Assembly (NCBI RefSeq): GCF_006345805.1
Contig: NC_043009.1
Location: 57,536,001 to 57,600,000, forward strand
Direction: 5' to 3'
Source: Octopus sinensis
Lineage: Eukaryota
Length of the DNA: 64,000 bases
Positions 36,880 to 49,487 of this stretch are shown here, one piece after another (position 1 is the first letter of the stretch; every line of letters starts with the position of its first letter). The position numbers and the translations under genes are program-made. The notes under the pieces were generated by a model that was not told where the DNA came from, made no database searches, and saw only the letters and a list, made by a program, of their open reading frames with translations.

Positions 36880-37866
36880 ATGGAGCTTGTGAAGAATAGC
36901 AAAAGTAAGTTGAAATTATCTCATGAGAGATATATTTACGAAAAACAAATGGTGTAGTATCTTACGAATGTGAACGACGGAGGTCTGAGGTATGATGTAA
37001 AGCAAAGGTAAAAATGCAGCAAGGTGAGATTATCGAACAATTATACAGTCACACACACGCACCAGATATACCGAGGTGGGAAGCTGAAAAAGTGTTTCAA
37101 GAAATTAAAAAAACGTGCAGCAAAAACTAAAGAAACTACACAACAAATCATTGCCGAAGCTTGTACATCTATATCGGAAGAGATAGCTACAAAACTACTT
37201 TCCCTCCGTAACCTCCGACGAAATGTAAGACGCCATAAACAGAAGGAAAGGAACCAAGGAACCATTTACCGTTGCCATCATATACACAAGATCTTATTAT
37301 ACATGAAAACTGTTTAAAAATAGTCAATGGGGAAAAAGTTTTGTTGCATGATTCAACGTTTGACGGTAAAAGGATTTTGATATCTGAAATTTCTAAAAAA
37401 TTCTGCTTGTTGGTGTTTTGACGGAACATTTAAAGTTGTCCCTGAAATTTTCAGCCAGTTGTATATGATTCATGCCTTAGCAACTCAACGCACTATAGCC
37501 TGCATCTATGCACTCTTGCCGGATAAGACTCAGATAACTTATAAAAAATTAGTACAGGAAGTAAAGAACTCGACAAATTGCACTCCTGTGAGTGCAGTGA
37601 TAGATTTTGGAAAAAAAAAAAAAGCAATGCTGAATACTTTATTTGTGAACTTTCCTGAAACGGACGTTAAAGGGTGCCTCCTTCGTTTGTGTCAAAATAT
37701 ATTTAGGCGCAGGAGTGGCTGTGTGGTAAGTAGTTTACTTGCCAACCACATGGTTCCGGGTTCATTTCCACTGCGTGGCACCTTGGGCAAGTGTCTTCTG
37801 CTATAGCCTCGTGCCGGCCAATGCCTAGTGAGTGGATTTGGTAGACGGAAACTGAAAGAAGCCCGT

Positions 37867-37945
<79 letters not shown>

Positions 37946-38952
37946 TGTGTGTATATATGTTGTGTGTCTGTGTTTGTCCCCCTAACATCGCTTGACAACC
38001 GATGCTGGTGTGTTTGCGCCCCCGTAACTTACCGGTTCGGCAAAAGAGACCGATAGAATAAGTACTAGGCTTCCAAAGAATAAGTCCTGGGGTCGATTTG
38101 CTCGACTAAAGGCGGTGCTCCAGCATGGTCGCAGTCAAAATGACTGAAACAAGTAAAAGAATAAAAAAAAAGAGTAAAAGAGCATAGGAAAATACAGGCG
38201 TTTGGCTTTCGAAAGCATTTTCGAGACAATGTTGATTTTTCTCTCAAAACGAGGATGGTAGCAGCCCTTGCCTTTATACCTCCTGAATCTGTTCAGGAAG
38301 CTTTTGAAGAGCTCTATGATATTATGCCAGAAGAAGCTTTGCCAGTGCTACTTCGAAGGCACTTATATCGGCAGGCCATGTCAACGAGGACACTTTGCAA
38401 TATGCACGTAAGAACAAACACTGAATTTCATTGTACGAATAATTCTGTCGAAGGATGGTACCGGAATTTTGTATCACTTGCCGGGTGTTCCCATACAGTC
38501 ATCTGGAAGTATACGAGTATCTTAGGACGAGCAATTAACTTTCAAAATGTCGAACTGACTCAGACTATTGCTGGTATCGCTACTAAACCACCGAGAACGA
38601 AATATAAGGATGCAACGTCACGAATTTTATCAGTTGCACAAAAATACCAAGAAAAAAACATAATTAGATTTTCTTAGAAGCATTGCATGTAATTTAAGGC
38701 TTTAAATAAACGTTTGGCATTTTCACATGAAGTTTCGCTGCGATTATATCTATTCCTAAATTTTAGCCCAAAATATCAACTAATAACTATTTAAAATTTT
38801 TTATAAAATTTCATTTTCCTAAAATATTGTTATTATAAAGAAAGAACAATATCTCGGGGGATTTTGTCTTGCAGGGATTTTGTCTTGTAGGGTGGGGCGG
38901 GATTTACTCTTGCGGGGATTTTGTCCCTGGGTGGATTTTGTCCTAGTACCGT
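36880..38952 (+). mobile_element. Decayed MULE (Mutator) transposon with a FLYWCH-MULE transposase pseudogene (36880-38705)
   Basis: WCFDGTFKVVP..FSQLYMIH, AxIDF, GCxxxLCQNIFR|KIQ, ALAFIPP and TNNSVEGWYR motifs. The right end has four GGGATTTTGTC-type subterminal repeats. No left TIR was found. Confidence 0.88.
37708..38184 (+). mobile_element. SINE family A inserted in the MULE transposase
   Basis: Flanked by TAGG; removing it restores NIFRKIQ. Confidence 0.9.
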
Positions 38953-38969
38953 CCACACCCTATGATACA

Positions 38970-39740
38970 AACATTGTTCTCGGATGGCAAAGAAATATTC
39001 CAAGAAAAATAATAGGCCGGTTCATACGGCTAATGTTATTCTAATTCGGTAGGAAGAGCACAGAAGTAAAGTAGATCACTTTGACACCAACAATCACAGG
39101 ACCTCAGTATAATTAAGCATTTATGGTGCAGTCGGGAGCAACAAGTGAGGAGACGTTTCCATTCGACGTCTTCGCTGAAAGAAACTAAAGTAAATTTCAT
39201 TTGAAGAATGTCATAAAATTCCCCTAACAACCATTGAGAACCTGTACGATTCTTATTTCTTTGTTGCTCACAAGGGGCTAAACATAGAGAGGACAAACAA
39301 GGACAGACAAAGGGATTAAGTCGATTATATCGACCCCAGTACGTAACTGGTACTTAATTTATCGACTCCGAAAGGATGAAAGGCAAAGTCGACCTCGACG
39401 GAATTTGAACTCAGAACGTAGCGGCAGACGAAATACCTATTTCTTTACTACCCACAAGGGCTAAACATAGAGAGGACAAACAAGGACAGACAAAGGGATT
39501 AAGTCGATTACATCGACCCCAGTGCGTAACTGGTACTTAATTTATCGACCCCGAAAGGATGAAAGGCAAAGTCGACCTCGGCGGAATTTGAACTCAGAAC
39601 GTAACGGCAGACGAAATACGGCTACGCATTTCGTCCGGTGTGCTAACGATTCTGCCAGCTCGCCGCCAAAGAGAACCTGTACGACTCTTCAAAATATTAA
39701 AGCTGTGATTGATGCCAGAGGTGGACCGGCTCTGTATCAA
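38970..39740 (+). pseudogene. Tc1 transposase C-terminal fragment interrupted by a SINE dimer
   Basis: QSQDLSIIKHLW (the SPDLNxIExLW motif), IENLYD and AVIDARGGP. Confidence 0.7.
39250..39670 (-). mobile_element. SINE family B head-to-tail dimer
   Basis: Exact 14-bp TSD GAGAACCTGTACGA at 39236-39249 and 39671-39684; internal junction near 39430. Confidence 0.92.
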
Positions 39741-40149
39741 ATCATAAAACCTCCATTTCAACAAAGTGTTTCCCTTGTTTTATCTAGTCTCTGTATGTCA
39801 CATTTCTATGGAAGACAATACGCGGTCAGCAGCTGTCAAAAAGTGTCATTTAAGTACTGCTTTTCAAATGACGCGTGATGTAACTAAAGCAATATACAAG
39901 GACATTCGTAGGTCAAACTGCCCTGGGATAAATATAGACGTCGCCGTTGTGTGTTGAATATCTACGTACATATAAGCACAAAAGATATTGTTGGAACATT
40001 CTCTTCAAAAATCCGTAAAGTTCAATCATAGCAGATCTGAAAGAGCTGTTTGGGAAAGAGAAGAAAAATTATATTCTATCATCGAGATCAATAGCCTGAT
40101 ATATTTGAACATTTCTTTTAAAATCATTGAGGAAGAAAATATTTATAGG

Positions 40150-40720
40150 AAATTCCACCGAAAAAACCTGTAACTTAATTACATTGATTATAAATTCACA
40201 TTTATACCAATGATTACTGATGCAGGCAGATGGCTATATTAGTAAATGTTTGGACAATCTCGAAAAGCTGGGATATTCTAGGTAAAGAAAGTGACCAGCT
40301 AACGTGAACGGGTTTTTTTTTATTACAAGGTTGTGAATGGGATTTTTCATTATACGGCTGTGAGAAATGGATACTTTATCGTTGGGACATCAAAAAGCTC
40401 GCGCTGTCTTAAACAACAAAAGCACTATGCAACCAACAATGCTATCCTAGATAAAGAAAAAAAAAGGGCGAAGCATAGAATCCACCATGATGAGACATTG
40501 GCTAACATGGTTAGGGTAAGTGATTACAATACCAGAAGAGAAATTTTTTCGCCAATCCTCTTTGATGAAATTAATTCTTGGTTGAAACTATGAGGATGTT
40601 CTTATCTTCGTTACAAAGACCAGCAAAAGACAAGCCTTAAAAGAGCCGGAATTGAAACGGAAACGTGGGAAACTGAGGCCCTAAATCTCAACAAATGGTT
40701 TCACTCTAACACTGCTTGAA
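40150..40720 (+). pseudogene. Decayed RTE (BovB-like) LINE, 3' part
   Basis: LYGCEKWILYRWDIKKL and RYKDQQKTSLKRAGIETETWETEA. Confidence 0.75.
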
Positions 40721-41067
40721 TTGACGTTTCTGTAGTCAAAAGTTTAAGGAAAGATAAAGAAAGGAAAAAAAAAAAAAAACGTAATGAATGCCTGATGCAA
40801 CAACAACAACAACAACAACACAACAACAACGACAACAACAATACCAGTCATCCTATCCGACCCGGTAAATCTTGCTCGCCTTCTTTGTTTTACGTAAGGA
40901 TTGGCCTGCTTAGTCATTCACCAACGCCATCAACGCGGTAGACCTACTCAGTGAAGAGGAAACTGAAATGTTTCGGACACAAGATACAACAGACGACGAC
41001 GATGACGTCAGCGATGACGACGACGATAACGACGACGATAACTGCAGTCCGCCATCGTAAGACATAT

Positions 41068-41465
41068 CCTCTTTTACTTGTTTCAGTCATTTGACTGTGG
41101 CCATGCTGGTGCACCGCCTTTAGTCGAGCAAATCTACTTATACTTTGTAAGCCTAGTACTTACTCTATCGGTCTCTTTTGCCGAACCGCTATCTTACGGC
41201 GACGTAAACACACCAGCATCGGTTGTCAAGCGATGTTGGGGGGGGGGACAAACACAGACACACAAACATATACACACGCACATACACATATATATATACT
41301 TATACATATCTACGACGGGCTTCTTTCAGTTTCCGTCTACCAAATCCACTCACAAGGCTTTGGTCAGTCCGAGGCTATAGTAGAAGACACTCGTCAAGGT
41401 GGGACTGAACCCGGAACCATGTGGTTCGTAAGCAAGCTACTTACCACACAGCCACTCCTACGCCT
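41068..41465 (-). mobile_element. SINE family A
   Basis: Full-length match to 5021-5426. Confidence 0.9.
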
Positions 41466-41631
41466 CATAGCCAAAACTTTTCTAAAGAACAACATTTAAC
41501 AATTATCATTCTTACCTATTTTCTTCCTTTGCAACAGAACTTTGTTTTTTTTTTATTTGTTAGAAATTAGTTCTCCTTATCGAAAGAATTCAAATAATAA
41601 AATGAAAAAAAAAAAAGAAGTTATTTTAATC

Positions 41632-42559
41632 CTTTCTACTAGGCACATGACCTGAATTTGGTGGAAAGGGATTAGTCGATTACATAGACCCCAGTGCGTA
41701 CTGGCACTTATTTTATCGAACCCGAGAGGATTAAAGGCAAAGTCACCTCGGCGGATTGAACTCAGAACGTAACGACGGGCGAAATACCTATTTCTTTACT
41801 ACCTACAAGGGGCTAAACACAGAGACGACAAACAAGGACAGACAAACGGATTAAGTCGATTACATAGACCCCAGTGCGTAACTGGCACTTATTTTATCGA
41901 ACCCGAGAGGATTAAAGGCAAAGTCAACCTCGGCGGAATTTGAACTCAGAACGTAACGACGGGCGAAATACCTATTTCTTTACTACCTACAAGGGGCTAA
42001 ACACAGAGACGACAAACAAGGACAGACAAACGGATTAAGTCGATTATATCGACCCCAGTGCGTAACTGGCACTTATTTTATCGAACCCGAGAGGATTAAA
42101 GGCAAAGTCAACCTCGGCGGAATTTGAACTCAGAACGTAACGACGGGCGAAATCCTATTTCTTACTACCTACAAGGGGCTACACACAAGACGACAAACAA
42201 GGACAGACAAACGGATTAAGTCGATTATATCGACCCCAGTGCGTAACTGGCACTTATTTTATCGAACCCGAGAGGATTAAAGGCAGTCAACCTCGGCGGA
42301 ATTTGAACTCAGAACGTAACGACGGGCGAAATACCTATTTCTTTACTACCTACAAGGGCTAACACAGAGACACACAAACAAGGACAGACAAACGGATTAA
42401 GTCGATTATATCGACCCCAGTGTAACTGTACTTTTTAATCGACCGAAAGGATGAAAGGCAAAGTCTACCTCGGCGGAATTTGAACTAGAACGTAGCGGCA
42501 GACGAAATACTGCTAAGCATTCCGCCCGCGTGCTAACGTTTCTGCCAGCTCGCCGCCTT
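41632..42559 (-). mobile_element. SINE family B pentamer (one head plus five core units of about 180 bp)
   Basis: Junctions at 41781, 41965, 42149 and 42328; head junction at 42504. Confidence 0.9.
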
Positions 42560-43092
42560 AATAAAGAAAAAGAAAAAAAGAGAAAAAATAAAGAATTATA
42601 ATATATGAATAACAGAATAACTAACCAACCCATCTACACATAGATATATTAATGGTATTTCTTCTACGCAAACGAGACGGCAATATATAACAAACATTAA
42701 AATGAAGGCCAATAACAGATCAGGTTTGAATATGAATAAACCAGCGTTATAAGAGACAACTTGAATAAAGATATGTACACGTTCTGTATGCTTTATCTCG
42801 ATAACATGGATTTTGATTTTTAAAATTCCATGCTCAGGTTTAGATACTGGCGGCATATCGTGTCCTTCAGCAAGACACTTTATTTTACGTCGCTCCAGTC
42901 CGCTCAGCTAACAGTTGTAGTGTAACATCTGATTTAAACATCAAGTCGTCAGCTGAGTGGCCTGGAGCAATGGGTGTGTATGTATGTATGTATGTATGTA
43001 TGTATGTATGTATGTATGTATGTATGTATGTATGTATGTATGTATGTGTGTATGTACGTACGTATGTATGCACGTATGTATATATGTATGTA

Positions 43093-43605
43093 CCGTAAAT
43101 CCTCGAGTATAATCCGCGTATTTTTTCTCCAAAATTTAAAGGGCAAAATCCCTAGTGCGTACTATATACGAGGTTAAAAATGAAAAATATCTTCTAAGCA
43201 ATGTCCGAGACTCTATTGCTGTCCGGCAATGTTTATTCAGACGCATTTTGGATGTCGGGCCGCGAAATACCTTAAGCTAAGCCTGAAAGCAATGAATCAT
43301 AAAAGATCATCCATAACTTGCAGTAAGCAACATGTATTAAACGTTATTACTGTAGTTCTTTATTTTCTTTCTGCAAACAGAATGCACAAAAAAGCTACAC
43401 GTCTGCATTATGTTATATATACAATAATAATAAAGGACGTTAGCGTATACATTTTTACAAACCAAGGATGTTATATAGACTTCCTTGACTCAAGTTAGAG
43501 AAGGGGTGCGTATTATACAAAAGGTTTAGGCTTTTCAGATGTACAGCCCCCTAAAAATCCCCTGCGTATTATACTCAAGGGTGAACTATACTCGAGGATT
43601 TACGG
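43093..43605 (+). mobile_element. Tc1/pogo-like MITE
   Basis: TA|CCGTAAATCCTCGAGTATA ... TATACTCGAGGATTTACGG|TA. Confidence 0.9.
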
Positions 43606-44092
43606 TATGTATGTATGTATGTAGGTATGTATTATTTTTCTCTTTTCAATTTAATGTTGCTTTTAACCGGTCACCTACCTGATAGCTAATTCGTGAAGAA
43701 AAGTGTCTTTATTGATAATTTAAATCTTAAGAAAGCTTTGCAGATTTTTATTGTGCCGGATATGATCGGTTGTAGCGTATAAATTAATACTTTAACTGCG
43801 AAATTACATTTCATGGTGGTTTAACCAATGATGTCAAATATCTACCATAAAATAGAATTGGTAATTTCTGCAATTTACCTGAGTAAACTTGACATATTTT
43901 AATAATATAAATAGTATCAAAGAACGACATTCTACAATAAAAGAAAGATTGGTATGTGGAAAAACTGCGTTCCGCATGTGAGTGTAACATAATTATCAGT
44001 GGATGGGTAAGACTTCCGAATTAAAGATGTTAGATTGTTGTATTCCATCTCCATGTATGTATGTACGTATGCATACTCAAGCGCACTTATAC

Positions 44093-44179
<87 letters not shown>

Positions 44180-44215
44180 CTCACACACACACACACATAT
44201 ATGTGTGTATATGTA

Positions 44216-44248
<33 letters not shown>

Positions 44249-44279
44249 ATACGTGTGTGTGTGTTTGTGTCTGTATATT

Positions 44280-44473
44280 GGCTCTGTGGTAAGTAGCTTG
44301 CTTACCAACCAAATGGCTCCGGGTTCAGTCCCACTACGTGGTATCTTGGGCAAGTGTCTTTTATTATAGACTTGGGCCAACTAAAGCCTTGTGAGTGGAT
44401 TTGGTAGATGGAAACTGAAATAAGTCCGTCGTTATATATATATATATATATATATCTATATATATATATATTA

Positions 44474-44516
<43 letters not shown>

Positions 44517-44757
44517 TGTTATGTATGTATGTATAAGTTAGTGAGTTTGTGTTTGTCCCCTCACCCCCACCCGCAACATCGCTTAACAACCGACGCCCAT
44601 ATGTTTACATCCCCAATAACTTAGCGGTTCGGCAAAAGAGACCGATAGAATAAGTACTAGGCTTACGCAGAATAAGTTCTGAGGTCGATTTGCTCGACTA
44701 AAGGCGGTGCTCCAGTATGGCCGCAGTCAAATGACTAAACCAAGTAAAAGAATAAAA

Positions 44758-44760
<3 letters not shown>
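44280..44760 (+). mobile_element. SINE family A
   Basis: Full-length and diverged. Confidence 0.85.
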
Positions 44761-44807
<47 letters not shown>

Positions 44808-44859
44808 CATGTCTATGTATGTGTGTGTGTGCATATATCTCTGTGTATGTATATATATA

Positions 44860-45520
44860 TATATAGCAATAAGAACATGGAGAGAATCAATAGGTGGTTC
44901 ATCAACTTTTAGACATTATATTCTATTGATCCCCTTTATTTTCTTATTGCTATATAAATTAATGGTAAAATATTTCTTTACCTACACCTATTTAGTACAC
45001 TAGGTAATGTAATTGCAATGTAATAAAAAACACTGGGTATTCTACCAGCAGTATATTGGTGGATATTATCCCTTATTGGGTTGGCCGAAACAGCTGTAAG
45101 ATGTAATCTATACTTATATTTATATTTACTTATATTTATATTCTCTTTTATATATATTCTACTTATTATACAGCATTACTCTTTTATGTACACTTTTTTA
45201 TGTACATTCCTTTATGTACACTGATTTGTTCTGCTTTTATATGTTTAACCCTACAGTCTCTTATGTGGTGGTTTAATAAAGTATGTGATTGAGTATTATC
45301 TGGTAATTGATATTTGATTTAGATGTGTTTCTCCATTTTCTTATCTTGTATTAGTAATTTGTGGTAAATCATTTGACCTTTGCCCATATAATACAGTAAA
45401 TGAATTGATTGCATCGCAATCATTAACATTTATGTATTAACTTTGTTGGGTACTTCACTAGCAGTATATTGGATATACGTTATCCCATGGAGGGTTGCAT
45501 TTACAACCCCTATCTCAATT
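44860..45520. mobile_element. Probable Penelope-like non-autonomous fragment
   Basis: Internal direct repeat (about 45045-45085 / 45460-45510), a 3' half hammerhead GAAA-CAGCTG-TA, and an inverted homolog at 47860-48090. Confidence 0.5.
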
Positions 45521-45522
45521 TG

Positions 45523-45565
<43 letters not shown>

Positions 45566-45658
45566 AGTGACTTCGAATATTCGGCCAGCTAAGCCATCCG
45601 AAGATGGCTAAGCCGACAAAGAAAAATTTCGGGAAAAAGAAACATTCATATATATATG

Positions 45659-45891
45659 TATTTCTTTACTACCCACAAGGGGCTAAACACAGAGGGGACA
45701 AACAAGGACAGACAAAGGGATTAAGTCGATTCCATCGACCCCAGTGCGTAACTGGTACTTAATTTATCGACCCCGAAAGGATGAAAGGTAAAGTCGACCT
45801 CGGCGGAATTTGAACTCGCAACGTAACGGCAGACGAAATACGGCTTCGCATTTCGCCCGGCGTGCTACCGTTTCTGCCAGCTCGCCGCCTT
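45659..45891 (-). mobile_element. SINE family B monomer with long tail
   Basis: The tail ends at AAAGAAATA with no GGTATT, which defines the true 3' end. Confidence 0.9.
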
Positions 45892-45958
<67 letters not shown>

Positions 45959-46254
45959 GTGTGCGCGTGTGTGCGTGCGTGCGTGCGTGTGCATCATCTT
46001 TTGTTCTTTTACTTGTTTCAGCCATTGGTTCAGGCCATGCTGGGGCACCACAATTCTGTAGAATTCCCCCTCTAAATAATACAGGCAATCCCGCTTTAGT
46101 ACTTATTTCGTAGCCTTAAACCTTGTTGTAGGAACAGTAATACTTCCATTCATGTGTGCGTAAGTGCATACATTCATGTGTGTATGCATGCATATATGTA
46201 TGTTTTTAAGCATGCTTGCTAGTATGTATATATGTATGTCATTATTATGTTTAT

Positions 46255-46990
46255 TTCAAAGATTTCTTGTCAATAGAGAAAGAACCGGTTTCTAACCTAC
46301 ATCCAAGGCTCCTTCATTGGAATTTTAACATCAACAACAGGGTATTTTTGTATGTATGTATGTATGTATGTATGTATGTATGTATGTATGTATGTATTTA
46401 TGTATGTATTTATGTATGTATTTATGTATGTATTTATTATGTATGTATATGTATGTATGTATGTATGTATGTTTTATGTATGATGTATGTATTATTTATG
46501 TATGTATGTATGTATTTATGTATGTATGTATGTATTATGTATGTATGTAGTATGTATGTATTATGTATTTATGTATGTATGTATGTATGTATGTAGTATG
46601 TATGTATTATGTATGTATGTATGTACGTATGTATTTATGTATGTATGTAAGTATGTATGGTATGTATGTAAGTATGTATGTATGTATGTATGTATGTATG
46701 TATTATGTATGTGTATGTATGTATGCTTTATCTATGTATTTTCATACATATAGTTGCATATCTATATAGTTGCATATCTATATAGTTGCTCATATATATT
46801 TAAATGATAAACTTCTGGAAACTTTTACAGATTTTTACAGTTCCAGTGATGGATTGGATCTGTAGACTTCGAATCAGCTTTCTCCTTTCTGGTTTTGGGA
46901 ATCCTAATTTCTCATGATTGGTATTTAGGCAGAGTGTTACATATCCCAGGGCCCCAATAATTACAGGTATAGGTGTTCTCTTTTTCATTG
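46255..46990 (-). mobile_element. 3' end of an R4/Dong-clade LINE (ORF end plus 3'UTR)
   Basis: IPVIIGALG...SLQIQSITGTVKICKSFQKFII*; 3'UTR split by about 380 bp of (TACA)n; ends next to ATAATAAT. Confidence 0.75.
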
Positions 46991-47469
46991 ATCTTCAGCT
47001 TTACGTTAACATCCGCTGGGCAGCTAATTTACATAACTGTGTACCGTTTCTCTTTTCGTGTATGTATGTATGTATGTATGTATGTATGTATGTATGTATG
47101 TATGTATGTATGTATGTATGTATGAATTATGTATTTATGTGTGTATGTGCGTATGTATGTTTATGTGTGTGCAATTATGTGTATGCTTTTATTTTTAATC
47201 TTTTACTTGTTTCATGCATTGGACTGTGGCCATACTGCAGCATTAATTTGAAAGGTTCAGTCGAACAAATGGACGTCCCGGTACTCATTTCTAAAGTTTG
47301 CTACTTGTATCGGTACCTGTTGCTGAACTGCAATTTTACGCGGAAGTAAACGAATTAACACCGGTTGCCAAGCAGTGGTGTGGTATACGTGTGCGTATGT
47401 GTGTGCGTGTGTGTGTGTGTGTTAGTGTGTGTGTGTGTTTATGAGAAATAGGCACGCACACAGGCACAC

Positions 47470-47471
47470 AA

Positions 47472-47510
<39 letters not shown>

Positions 47511-47606
47511 CATACACATATATACATACATATGTACATATTCACTCACACACACACACATATATATATATATACATACACATATATACATACATATGTA
47601 CATATT

Positions 47607-47638
<32 letters not shown>

Positions 47639-47670
47639 CATACACATATATACATACATATGTACATATT

Positions 47671-47702
<32 letters not shown>

Positions 47703-47734
47703 CATACACATATATACATACATATGTACATATT

Positions 47735-47768
<34 letters not shown>

Positions 47769-47830
47769 CATACACATATATACATACATATGTACATATT
47801 CACTCACACACACACACATATACATATACA
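47470..47830. repeat. Compound minisatellite of about 60 bp, 5-6 units
   Basis: Unit TATACATACACATATATACATACATATGTACATATTCAC-(AC)n-(AT)n. Confidence 0.85.
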
Positions 47831-48134
47831 CATATATATATATATATGTCTATATAACTCCAAGAAAGTTAGGGGTTGTGAATCCAACCCAATAAGGGAT
47901 AATATCTATCCAATATACGGTTGGTAGAATATCCAATTATTAATACATTGCAATTAACTTACCTTGTGCACTAAATGGGTGAAGGTAAAGAGATATTTTA
48001 CCATTAACTTATATTGCAAATAAGAAAATAGAGAACTATAGTTGGTTCATCAACTTTAGGACATTAAAAATGTTAACTTATTTATATACATACATACATA
48101 TACATATATATGTCTGTTTATTTATATTTATATA

Positions 48135-48519
48135 CTAGCAGTATCGCCCGGCGTTGCTCGGGTTTGTAAGGGAAATAACTATAAAGCATTTTTAGAGAGT
48201 TATAGCCAAAAAATTGCAAAAAAATGGGGAAAAAAATGATGGTAAATTTTTTTTGATAGTTAAAAAGGTCGAGTTGCGTCCCCTAGACCATCGTTGGTTT
48301 GTGTTTCTGATTGTCGACCCCATGTCGAATTTATCGATCTTTTTCAGAACTGGGGGAACTTTTCAAAATTTTCGCTGCGTTAGTTTTGAATTATGACATT
48401 GGGCTATGTGTGTGTCAAGTTTCATCAGAATCGGTTGAAAGCCGTGGTCAGGGTGAGGGTACAAGCAAACAGACACACAGAAACACGCACAGACAAACTG
48501 CCGTTTATATATAGAGAGA
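48135..48519 (-). mobile_element. Non-autonomous Helitron (same family as 4384-4765)
   Basis: TC...CTAG termini; high identity to the first copy. Confidence 0.9.
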
Positions 48520-48534
48520 TATGTATATATATAT

Positions 48535-48625
<91 letters not shown>

Positions 48626-48729
48626 ATATATATACCTATATATATATATATATACATATATATACATATATATACACACATAATATGTGTGTGTGTTTTC
48701 ATATATACATATGTGTGTGGGTGTATGTA

Positions 48730-48768
<39 letters not shown>

Positions 48769-48793
48769 ACGTGAATACATATGTGAGCATACA

Positions 48794-48824
<31 letters not shown>

Positions 48825-49086
48825 GTATGTAGTACGCATACATGATACGTGTATATGGATACATAGTGTTATACATAAACTCACACGCGTATTACATACA
48901 TATGTACTTGTGTGTGATTCTGTGTGTGTGAATGTGTGTTAAACGACACCCAGTAAGGCTCCCTCTGGGCCGTCGCTGAACCTGTTAAAAGTCGCTCCCA
49001 ACTCTCCCTCAAACAGAACCTTAACATCTTAGATAAGGAACAGAAAAAAACTAGATAACGTAGACATACATACATACAGTACATAC

Positions 49087-49157
49087 CCTTAATCGATGGG
49101 CTGGTCATTTCTGGAACGCCGTTGATCATTGTGGCCTGCTGAACCAGGGCTGCTGAC
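49087..49157 (-). CDS. Candidate 71-nt exon (SAALVQQATMINGVPEMTSPSIK)
   Basis: CAG acceptor, GTATGT donor; the only frame open throughout. Confidence 0.3.
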
Positions 49158-49447
49158 CTGCGGCTAAACTTCGACAACAACAACAACAACAACAACAACA
49201 ACCAACAGTAACTCAATATGATTTCTATCACCCCCTCACACCCCTCCTATTGACCTTCATGTATTATTCCTCCCCCCACACCTTCTCCCCTACGTACACA
49301 CATATACACACATTCAGACACATAGAAAAAACACTAGAGAAGCAATCTCACACGCACACACACACATACACACACACACACAAACACACACACACATCTC
49401 CCAGCTGTCTTTAGTGAATTCCCATGCTTTTCATATGTTGTACTTAC

Positions 49448-49487
49448 TTCAGCCGGTACAACTGCACTACAAGTATGTAAGGTCGAC
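49448..49487 (-). CDS. Candidate 40-nt exon (RPYILVVQLYRL)
   Basis: CCTAAAGCAG acceptor, consensus GTAAGT donor; phase-compatible with 49087-49157. Confidence 0.3.

Noticed and set aside
41632-42559. CRISPR-like regular repeat array
   Set aside because: The units are whole SINE cores of about 180 bp with no unique spacers; eukaryotic context.
45590-45615. AGCCATC-CGAA-GATGGCT hairpin
   Set aside because: A 7-bp stem with no ribozyme core or other supporting context.
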